Below are positions 56,167 through 64,000 of a stretch of DNA of 64,000 nt, one piece after another. A program made the position numbers and the translations under genes. Source of the stretch: an uncultured Gammaproteobacteria bacterium (GTDB taxonomy: Bacteria > Patescibacteriota > Microgenomatia > CAYQLK01); the NCBI GenBank assembly GCA_964404855.1, contig CAYOLO010000001.1:530736-594735 (forward strand), given 5' to 3'. The notes below the pieces were generated by a model. It had not been told where the DNA came from, ran no database searches, and saw nothing but the letters and a program-made list of their open reading frames with translations. The number at the start of each line of letters is the position of its first letter. Positions within the stretch are counted from its first letter, which is position 1.

Positions 56167-57852
56167 ATGAGACATTTTACTAAAACATTACTATTTTTAA
56201 ACAATAGACTGCTAGGCAGAATAACTTATATCACAAGAGCGTTCTCGCCCAATATTAATACAATGAAGAAGTTTTCAAAACCTTATTCGTTCTTTAAAAA
56301 ACTGGTTTTACCAATAATTTTTATATTTATACTGGTAATACTCTTACTTTCTGTTAAAGGAATAAATGGTAATCCAAATGATAATAATCTTAATGACGTT
56401 CAATGGAAGGATTCTGGTCCATTGGAGTTATCGCCAGACAGGGGACGTTTTGCCTTAACATATTCACTTGCAGAAAATCGATCAACTAAGTTTAGTTTGC
56501 CGGTTGCTCGTTTTGCGACTCCTGATTTAGGTTATAAAGATGGAAATTATGTTTCGCTATTTGCACCAGGAGTAAGTTTTATTATCTTGCCTGGATATTT
56601 GATTGGGCGAATATTTGATTTATCCCAGTTTGGATCCTTTCTTATAATTGCGTTTTTTGCATTCATTAATTTTTGGTTAATTTACTTGATTTCAAAGTCA
56701 CTTGGTTCAAAAAAATATTCATCACTTATCGCTGCAGGAATTTTTAGTTTAGCTACTCCTGCATTGGCTTATGGTGGTTCTTTGTATCAGCACCATATTT
56801 CTACATTTTTTATTTTATGTTCAATTTGGATATTATTTCGCTTTAAAAGCGCGTGGTCATTAATACCGATTTGGCTGATGATTGGATCATCTGTAGTGGT
56901 TGATAATCCAAACTTTTTTATGATGTTCCCTATTGGTGTTTTTGCATTGGGACGAGTGGTAAGCTTCGAAAGAATCAGTTCAAGGGTGTCAGTTAAGATA
57001 AAGCCGTTTGTAATTTTTACAGTCTTGATCGTGATATTACCACTAGCTGCGTTTATGTACTTTAATAAACTTTCTTATGGAAGTCCTTTTCAGTTGTCTG
57101 GTACAGTTAAGAGTGTTCAGGAAATTGACATTAATGGCCAACCAGCTAAGTCAAGTTTGATTAGCGAATCGAATGTTGATGTGAGCCTAGATCTGCAAGC
57201 CAGTGAGGAGAAGCATTCTAAGTCGGCGGTAGGTTTTTTCGAATCACGAAACATGTTAAATGGTTTTTATACTCAGTTTTTTAGTCAAGATCGTGGAATT
57301 TTGTTTTTCTCACCAATAATTTTATTAGGATTACTTGGAATAATTATTTCTTACAAAAAATTAAATTCTATTCAAGTACTGTTATTGTCAGTTTTAGCTG
57401 CAAATTTGGCGATTTATGCCATGTGGGGCGATCCTTGGGGAGGTTGGGCTTTTGGTTCTAGATATTTGATACCGGCATATGCCATCCTTGCCATATTTCT
57501 TTCGAGTGTTTTGACAAATTGGAACCGAAAATTCTTGTTTATTTTGCTGATGTATCCAGTGTTAATTTATTCGGTTGGAGTAAATATGGTAGGAGCATTG
57601 ACCTCTAATCGAAATCCCCCAAAGATAGATATTTTGGCATTAGAAAAATTATCAGGTGTGGAGCAAAAATATACAGTTGAGAGAAATTGGGATTATTTAC
57701 AAAAAGACAGTAAGGCGTTTGTTTATAGAGCTTTTTTGAGCGGCAGAGTTAGCCCTATTTTCTATTTTTATACTCTGGCAGGATTATCGGTTGCTATGTT
57801 CACATTTCTGATTGTTGCTAATTATTTTGATAAGACAAAGGAAGAAAAATGA
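56167..57852 (+). CDS. Multi-pass membrane protein, probable GT-C glycosyltransferase
   Basis: Many TMs; RGILFFSP and WGGWAFGSRYLIP motifs. Confidence 0.65.
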   Translation: MRHFTKTLLFLNNRLLGRITYITRAFSPNINTMKKFSKPYSFFKKLVLPIIFIFILVILLLSVKGINGNPNDNNLNDVQWKDSGPLELSPDRGRFALTYSLAENRSTKFSLPVARFATPDLGYKDGNYVSLFAPGVSFIILPGYLIGRIFDLSQFGSFLIIAFFAFINFWLIYLISKSLGSKKYSSLIAAGIFSLATPALAYGGSLYQHHISTFFILCSIWILFRFKSAWSLIPIWLMIGSSVVVDNPNFFMMFPIGVFALGRVVSFERISSRVSVKIKPFVIFTVLIVILPLAAFMYFNKLSYGSPFQLSGTVKSVQEIDINGQPAKSSLISESNVDVSLDLQASEEKHSKSAVGFFESRNMLNGFYTQFFSQDRGILFFSPIILLGLLGIIISYKKLNSIQVLLLSVLAANLAIYAMWGDPWGGWAFGSRYLIPAYAILAIFLSSVLTNWNRKFLFILLMYPVLIYSVGVNMVGALTSNRNPPKIDILALEKLSGVEQKYTVERNWDYLQKDSKAFVYRAFLSGRVSPIFYFYTLAGLSVAMFTFLIVANYFDKTKEEK

Positions 57853-59459
57853 AATTCTCATTAAATTTTTCGTTTGATTTAAAACGATTTTCATTTCTAA
57901 ACCGCGAAAAAGTTTGGGTATTTGTTATGCTCTTGGTTGTTTCTGGAGTTTCGATTGGAAGTTTTATTTTTTACTGGCAGAATGGTTTGGGCTTGTCTTA
58001 TAACGATGCACGATCCCATTTAGATATAGGCAGACGTGTTGTAGAGGGATTGAAGCCTGGTATTGCTCAGCTAGGTTCTGTTTGGTTGCCATTACCTCAT
58101 GCTCTTATGATTCCGACTATTTGGGATGACTGGATGTGGCATTCAGGTTTGTCTGGAGCAATTATTTCAATGCTATCTTTTGTTTCAACTTGTGGAGTTA
58201 TTTATATGTATCTAAAGAAAATTCATGTTGGTCTTTTAGGAAGACTGACAGGGGTTACGGTTTTTGCAACTAACTTAAATGTTTTGTATCTGCAGTCAAC
58301 AGCGATGACAGAACTATTGTTAATAGCTCTTATGACAACTGGGTCTTATTACCTGCTCAACTATATGCAGACAAATAAAATAATTGATTTGGTAAAAGCT
58401 GGATTTTGGGTGATGCTTTCTACTTTGACTAGATATGATGGTTGGTTATTGCTTGCTATAACTGCAGCTCTGGTTACAGGTAGGGCGTATTTTACTAGAG
58501 GATACAAAGCCGCAGAAGGCGTATTTTTGATGTTCTGTACTCTAGCAGGACTTGGCGTAATTTTATGGCTACTTTGGAACCAGCTTATTTTTAAGGACTT
58601 TTTATATTTTGCACTTGGGCCTTATTCAGCAAGATCTCAACAAAAACAACTTGAAGATGCTGGGGTTTTAGCTACGAAGTTTAATATTTTGTTTTCCATA
58701 AAAACTTACACTTATGCGCTGGTCTATAATATTGGACTTGTACCAATTATTTTGAGTGTGGTTGGAGCGATTGTTGCCGTCTGGGATAAAAAGCTTACTA
58801 CAAATACCAAATTTGCGTTAATTGCACTGTTTTCTCCCTTAATATTTAATATTTTGGCTTTGTATTTGGGTCATTCGGTTTTGTTTGTTCAAGGAATTTC
58901 TGGGGACACTTGGTTTAATGTTAGATATGGAATAATGATGATACCGACGGTTGCAATATTTGCAGGATTTTTACTAGATAGACTTGTTAAGTTGAGGATT
59001 GTTTTTATTGGATTATTCCTATTAGTAACGTTTTTCTCTTTTATTAACGCGGATACTGTAACGATTGATGATGCCAGAGTCGGTTCTAGTCAGAAAAATG
59101 TGTCAGAAGTATCTGGTTGGTTGGAAAAATATGCGAAAAACGAAAAGGGTTTTGTGATGATTTCTGCAGCTAGTCATGATGCGATAATTTTTTCATCAAA
59201 TTTACCGATGAAGAGATTTATTCATGAAGGTACGGGCGCATACTGGGACGCTGCTAGCGAGAATCCTGATTTGTGGGCAAGATGGATAATAATGAGAACT
59301 AATGATATGAATGATTCTACATTCAGGAACGTAATGGACAAACCTGGGCTTGCTAATTATGATTTAGTCGGTAAATATCCGTTTGCTGATATTTATGAGC
59401 TAAATGAGAAATATTTAAAGGATTTAAACACTAAGCCAGTTTTTAAGGGGCAAAAATGA
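57849..59459 (+). CDS. GT-C (PMT/ArnT-like) glycosyltransferase
   Basis: YNDARSHLDIGRR, WLPLPH, STAMTE, LTRYDGW, NVRYG. Confidence 0.72.
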   Translation: MKFSLNFSFDLKRFSFLNREKVWVFVMLLVVSGVSIGSFIFYWQNGLGLSYNDARSHLDIGRRVVEGLKPGIAQLGSVWLPLPHALMIPTIWDDWMWHSGLSGAIISMLSFVSTCGVIYMYLKKIHVGLLGRLTGVTVFATNLNVLYLQSTAMTELLLIALMTTGSYYLLNYMQTNKIIDLVKAGFWVMLSTLTRYDGWLLLAITAALVTGRAYFTRGYKAAEGVFLMFCTLAGLGVILWLLWNQLIFKDFLYFALGPYSARSQQKQLEDAGVLATKFNILFSIKTYTYALVYNIGLVPIILSVVGAIVAVWDKKLTTNTKFALIALFSPLIFNILALYLGHSVLFVQGISGDTWFNVRYGIMMIPTVAIFAGFLLDRLVKLRIVFIGLFLLVTFFSFINADTVTIDDARVGSSQKNVSEVSGWLEKYAKNEKGFVMISAASHDAIIFSSNLPMKRFIHEGTGAYWDAASENPDLWARWIIMRTNDMNDSTFRNVMDKPGLANYDLVGKYPFADIYELNEKYLKDLNTKPVFKGQK

Positions 59460-60352
59460 AAACATTAAAACCTCCAAAGGTTTCAATTGTCATTGCTGCT
59501 CATAATGAGGAAAAGAACATTCAAAATATTTTAAATTCGATTGCTCTTCAGGTAATGAATGATTTTGTTTTGTGCGAAATATTAGTATTCTTGGACGGAT
59601 GCACTGATACAACTAAAGAGAAAATATTAAATCTAGAATCGATATTGCCTATTGAAATTATCGATGATAAAAAAAGACTTGGAAAGGCACAAAGAGTAGC
59701 TCAAAGTATTAAAATTTCCAATGGACAAATTATTGTTTTTTTGGATGCAGATGTAGTTTTTATAGGGAAGCATTCATTGCAAAATTTAGTTTTTAGTTTT
59801 AGAAATTCAAGAGTCGGTCTTGTGTCGGGGAATGATTTGCCAAAAATCCCAAAAAATCACATTCAAAAAGTCTCCTCATATTTTTTTGAGACATGGGGTC
59901 AGATAAGAAAATCAAAACAAGATTCAATTCATAATATTCATGGAGCATTTTATGCAATAAAAACTCAAAGTTTTCTAAAAATAAAAATTCCAAAGGATTT
60001 GATATCAGACGATCAGTTTTTCTATATTTTTGCTAAAAAAAACAATATTGGTTTCGTTTTTTGTGAAGACGCTACTGTAAGCTTTGAACTGCCAAGTTCG
60101 CTATTTGGATATCTGCGACAATCTGCTAGATTTATTTTCTTTAATAAAAATATGTTTAAAGAGTTGGACGGTATAAATGAAAAATATCAGAGCCTCCCAA
60201 AACCGCAATATTTCAGTATTTTATTTAAAAGGTTTTTAAGGAACCCAATATATTTAACAGAGGCAATAATTTTGCAAATAATCGTAAGACTGTTTATTCA
60301 TCAGCTTACTAGAGATATTAATAGAGGTAAATGGCAACAGATCAACAAATGA
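59456..60352 (+). CDS. GT2 glycosyltransferase
   Basis: IAAHNEE, LDGCTD, RLGK, LDADV, SDD, QSARF. Confidence 0.85.
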   Translation: MKTLKPPKVSIVIAAHNEEKNIQNILNSIALQVMNDFVLCEILVFLDGCTDTTKEKILNLESILPIEIIDDKKRLGKAQRVAQSIKISNGQIIVFLDADVVFIGKHSLQNLVFSFRNSRVGLVSGNDLPKIPKNHIQKVSSYFFETWGQIRKSKQDSIHNIHGAFYAIKTQSFLKIKIPKDLISDDQFFYIFAKKNNIGFVFCEDATVSFELPSSLFGYLRQSARFIFFNKNMFKELDGINEKYQSLPKPQYFSILFKRFLRNPIYLTEAIILQIIVRLFIHQLTRDINRGKWQQINK

Positions 60353-61251
60353 AAAGTAAGAACAATATTACAATTACACTTGGTATCCCCACTTGTTATG
60401 GAGGAATTGGTTTGTTGCGAACAGTAAAGAGCATACTAAAGAGTGCAAAAGACTATCCAAAGTTTGAATTTTTGATTTTCGCAGATAGTGTGCCTTTTCC
60501 AGATGAATTAAAGAACAAATTAATAGAACTCGGTGTAAAACTAAAAGAAAATAATGGTTCTGAGAGTCAGCTTGCAAAAATTGGTCAAATTATTTCAAAT
60601 GCTTCTGGAGAAATACTTATTCTTACGCAGGATGACGTAAGGTTTGGCTCAAAAACCGTAGATGAAATAGTCAAGAAGTTTCAAACAAATGATGATGTTG
60701 GTATGGTTACAGTCAATATTCAGCCTGAACCATCCGAATCGTTCATGGAACGAGTTGTTCTTCCAGGGAGCAATATCTCTTATTTAATCAGTCAATTGTG
60801 GAATAAAGGTGATAATTATTTGGCCGCAAATGGTCGATGTTTAGCATTTAACATTGAAGATGCTAGGAAAATGAGAATGCCCAACAAACTAGTCAACTCA
60901 GACGCTTATATTTATTTTGAAATGAAAAGAATTCGATCAAAAGTTGTGCATGCTTCAAAAGCAATAGTATATAATCGCAACCCACAAAATATTCATGATT
61001 TTTTAAAACAAGCCGGAAGATTTCGCATTTCCCAATTTGAGCTTGTGCCCTATTTCAATTTTGATTTGTGTGATTTTTATCGTATTCCAAAATCTATTAG
61101 TTTTAGAGCATTTATTCAGATTCTTATTAAAAATCCTTTTTATACATTTTGTTACATTTTTCTCTTGATATTTAGTAGACAAAAAAAGACAAATTTTGAG
61201 GCTAATTCAAATGTCATGTGGGAAGCTGCTACTTCGACAAAATCTAAATAA
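60349..61251 (+). CDS. Divergent GT2 glycosyltransferase
   Basis: LGIPT, TQDDV, NGR, NSD, QAGRF; paralogous to the neighbouring GT2s; ATGA overlap at 60349. Confidence 0.75.
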   Translation: MKSKNNITITLGIPTCYGGIGLLRTVKSILKSAKDYPKFEFLIFADSVPFPDELKNKLIELGVKLKENNGSESQLAKIGQIISNASGEILILTQDDVRFGSKTVDEIVKKFQTNDDVGMVTVNIQPEPSESFMERVVLPGSNISYLISQLWNKGDNYLAANGRCLAFNIEDARKMRMPNKLVNSDAYIYFEMKRIRSKVVHASKAIVYNRNPQNIHDFLKQAGRFRISQFELVPYFNFDLCDFYRIPKSISFRAFIQILIKNPFYTFCYIFLLIFSRQKKTNFEANSNVMWEAATSTKSK

Positions 61252-61342
61252 TTATAGGTTTACATTTAAGTAATTATACTATAGAATATCTACAATTAAT
61301 ATTTAACTAAAATTAATAATTAACTAACAAGTATTATAGGTT

Positions 61343-62116
61343 ATGAAAGCATTAATATTAGCTGGTGGGTTTGGAACCCGAATTAGTGAAGAGTCTGGAA
61401 TCAGGCCAAAACCGATGGTAGAAATCGGAGGTAAGCCTATTTTGTGGCATATAATGAAGATATACTCTTCCTATGGCATAAATGATTTTGTCATCCTTTG
61501 TGGTTATAAAAGTCATGTTATTAAGGAATATTTTGCTAACTACCCGCTTTATAATTCAGACGTGACGTTTGATATTGCAAATCATACTCAAATTATTCAC
61601 AAAAACGCCTCTGAAAATTGGAAGGTAACTCTTGTCGAAACGGGTGAAGATACTCTTACAGGTGGACGAATAAAGCGTGCGAAAGAATATATTGGGGATG
61701 AAACGTTTTGTCTGACTTACGGTGATGGCGTTGCAGATATTAATATAGATAAGCTGGTCAAGTTTCATAAGAAAAATGGAACAAAAGCTACGGTTACGGC
61801 CGTTCAACCTACTGGACGATTTGGAGTGTTCAATCTTCAAGCTGATGAAATTAAAGTTGCTAGTTTTAGAGAAAAAGAGGCCGTTGATGGCGGGTGGATA
61901 AATGGTGGATTTTTTGTACTTGAGCCATCTATTCTTGATTATATTGTTGATGATTCGACGGTTTGGGAACAAGATCCAATGAAAGTCTTGGCCAATGAAG
62001 GTAATCTTGCTTCCTTTAAACATTCGGGTTTTTGGCAGTGTATGGATACTTTGAGAGACAAAAATTATTTAGAAGAATTATGGCAAAAAGGAGAAGCTCC
62101 ATGGAAAAATTGGTAA
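61343..62116 (+). CDS. rfbF: Glucose-1-phosphate cytidylyltransferase
   Basis: LAGGFGTRISEE, PKPMVEIG, TGGRIK, LTYGDG, WINGGFF, FWQCMDTLRD. Confidence 0.93.
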   Translation: MKALILAGGFGTRISEESGIRPKPMVEIGGKPILWHIMKIYSSYGINDFVILCGYKSHVIKEYFANYPLYNSDVTFDIANHTQIIHKNASENWKVTLVETGEDTLTGGRIKRAKEYIGDETFCLTYGDGVADINIDKLVKFHKKNGTKATVTAVQPTGRFGVFNLQADEIKVASFREKEAVDGGWINGGFFVLEPSILDYIVDDSTVWEQDPMKVLANEGNLASFKHSGFWQCMDTLRDKNYLEELWQKGEAPWKNW

Positions 62117-63150
62117 ATCATCAAAAAATATTATTAACTGGTATTGACGGTTATATTGGTGTGCAGCTTGCACAAACTTTGGTCAAAAATGGTTTTAAGG
62201 TCATTGGATTGGATACAGGTTATTACCGAAATGCTTGGCTTTATAATGGAGTGACTGAAATTTTCCCATCAGTCGTGACTAAGGATATACGTGAAGTCAC
62301 AGCTGAGGACCTTAAGGGATTTGATGCAGTAGTGCATCTTGCTGAATTGTCTAATGATCCATTGGGCCAAAATGATCCCGAGTTGACCTTCGACATTAAT
62401 CATAGAGGAACGATGAATTTAGCAAATTGTGCTAAAGAAGCAGGAGTTAAAAAGTTTGTTTATTTTTCATCGTGTAGTGTATATGGAGCATCAGATAATA
62501 TTGCAAATGAAAATAGTCCTGTTAATCCCCTTACTGCATATGCGCAAAGCAAAATAATGAATGAGGAAGCATTAATGAAACTGGCTGATGATAATTTTAG
62601 CCCTACAATAATGCGTAATGCTACGGCGTATGGTGCTAGTCCACGGATGAGATTTGACCTTGTTGTTAATAATCTTGCAGGATTAGCTTGGACTACTGGT
62701 GAAATAAAGATGGACAGCGACGGAACACCATGGAGGCCATTGGTTCATATTCTTGATATATCAAAAGCAGTTGTGTGTATCTTAAATGCAAAGAAGAGTG
62801 TTGTTCATAACGAAATATTTAATATTGGGGATACAAAGGCAAATTACCAGATTAAACAAATTGCTGAGATAATCGGTAAAACATTTACAGATTGCAAAAT
62901 ATCTTTTAATTCAAATTCTTCAGACAAGCGTAATTATAGAGTTAACTTTGATAAAATTAATTCTACATTGCCTGGATTTGCATGTGACTGGACTGTCGAA
63001 ATGGCGGTTAAAGAACTTGAAGACATTTTTAAAAATATTAATATGACGGAAGAAACTTTTAAGTCGAAGAATTTTACAAGATTAAAACAGATCGATTGGC
63101 TTAAAGAAACTGGTCAAATCGATGGAAAATTATTTTGGAGGAATAAATAA
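62101..63150 (+). CDS. NAD-dependent epimerase/dehydratase (extended SDR)
   Basis: TGIDGYIG, HLAELSNDP, SSCSVYG, YAQSK, RNATAYG.SPRMRFDL. SD AAGGAG precedes ATG 62101. Confidence 0.88.
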   Translation: MEKLVNHQKILLTGIDGYIGVQLAQTLVKNGFKVIGLDTGYYRNAWLYNGVTEIFPSVVTKDIREVTAEDLKGFDAVVHLAELSNDPLGQNDPELTFDINHRGTMNLANCAKEAGVKKFVYFSSCSVYGASDNIANENSPVNPLTAYAQSKIMNEEALMKLADDNFSPTIMRNATAYGASPRMRFDLVVNNLAGLAWTTGEIKMDSDGTPWRPLVHILDISKAVVCILNAKKSVVHNEIFNIGDTKANYQIKQIAEIIGKTFTDCKISFNSNSSDKRNYRVNFDKINSTLPGFACDWTVEMAVKELEDIFKNINMTEETFKSKNFTRLKQIDWLKETGQIDGKLFWRNK

Positions 63151-63689
63151 TGAAATTTTTAGAGACAAAACTAAAAGGTGCTTATGTTGTCGAGTTAGAA
63201 AAAAGAGAAGACGACCGAGGTTTTTTTGCTAGAACTTGGTGTAAGAATGAGCTAGAGGCAATTGGACTTAATGCTAGTGCTGTTCAAATGAACATGAGTC
63301 GAAGCAACAAAATCGGAACACTTAGAGGTATGCATTATCAGGCGCTGCCTTTTGGTGAAACAAAATTGATTCGAGTAACTAAAGGAAAAGTTTTTGATGT
63401 AATTATTGATCTTCGACCAGAATCAGAAACATATAAACAGTGGTTTGGAGTTGAACTAAGTGATGAGAATTATAAAATGCTATTTGTGCCAGAAATGTTT
63501 GCTCACGGCTTTGTTACATTGACTGATGATGTTGAGGTTACTTATTTGGTAACTCAATTCTATACTCCAGAAGCAGAAAGGGCTGTAAGGTACAATGATC
63601 CACAATTCGCTATTGTATGGCCAGTTCCAATTACATCAGTTTCCGATAAAGATGCAAATGTAGAAGATTATATGGAGGAAATAAAGTAA
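63150..63689 (+). CDS. rfbC: dTDP-4-dehydrorhamnose 3,5-epimerase family
   Basis: DDRGFF, GTLRGMHYQ, DVIIDLR..S, FAHGF, SDKD. Confidence 0.9.
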   Translation: MKFLETKLKGAYVVELEKREDDRGFFARTWCKNELEAIGLNASAVQMNMSRSNKIGTLRGMHYQALPFGETKLIRVTKGKVFDVIIDLRPESETYKQWFGVELSDENYKMLFVPEMFAHGFVTLTDDVEVTYLVTQFYTPEAERAVRYNDPQFAIVWPVPITSVSDKDANVEDYMEEIK

Positions 63690-64000
63690 TGATACTTATA
63701 GATTCGGCTCTTGCAAAACTAGAAAAAAGTGGAAAACCGATTCGTGTTGGAATGGTTGGCGCTGGTTTTATGGCAAAAGGCGTTGTTTTGGAAATCGAAA
63801 AATATACTAAGGGAATGAAACTGGTCGCTATTTCAAATAGGCATCCAGAGAAAGCTAAGGAAATATATGAGACGGCTGGTGTTTCTAATTCTGGTCTAAT
63901 TTCAACAGTTGAGGAATTAGAAATTCGGATTGATAATGGTGAATATTCATACACAGACAATGCTGATTTACTTTGCAGAGCAAAAAATATTGATGCCATA
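63689..64000 (+). CDS. NAD(P)-dependent oxidoreductase (Rossmann fold, homoserine-dehydrogenase-like), 3'-truncated
   Basis: Not in the ORF track. ATG 63689 overlaps the previous stop; MILIDSALAKLEKSGKPIRVGMVGAGFM... stays open to the window end. Confidence 0.8.
   Translation, partial: MILIDSALAKLEKSGKPIRVGMVGAGFMAKGVVLEIEKYTKGMKLVAISNRHPEKAKEIYETAGVSNSGLISTVEELEIRIDNGEYSYTDNADLLCRAKNIDAI

Overview
AT-rich, gene-dense bacterial window using the standard code (TGA is a stop). The gene content suggests a Patescibacteria/CPR (Microgenomates-like) genome; this is inference. Both ends (1-10.6 kb and 43.4-64 kb) are surface-glycan loci: GT2/GT4/GT-C transferases, Wzm/Wzt, a GT2-flippase-GT4 triple fusion, a polysaccharide deacetylase and nucleotide-sugar enzymes. 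The middle holds housekeeping genes (mgtE, DEAD-box helicase, RRM protein, dsbB, typA, pseudouridine synthase, DD-carboxypeptidase), six tRNAs, and a 2045-aa surface protein with an ABC exporter. The most unusual part is a GC-richer tryptophan module at 17.9-24.4 kb. It has (i) a transcription-terminating T-box with an ultrashort Stem I and a UGG specifier, (ii) a lone TrpD homologue lacking the anthranilate-carboxylate-binding residues, (iii) a tRNA-Trp, a switch-like leader and a terminator directly ahead of (iv) a TrpRS fused to a tandem chorismate-mutase (AroQ) pair with one composite active site, and (v) an EamA transporter. Both Trp leaders carry a boxA-type sequence right after their terminators. 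No CRISPR array, rRNA, integrase or transposase was seen. All calls come from reading motifs by eye; no searches or folding programs were run.
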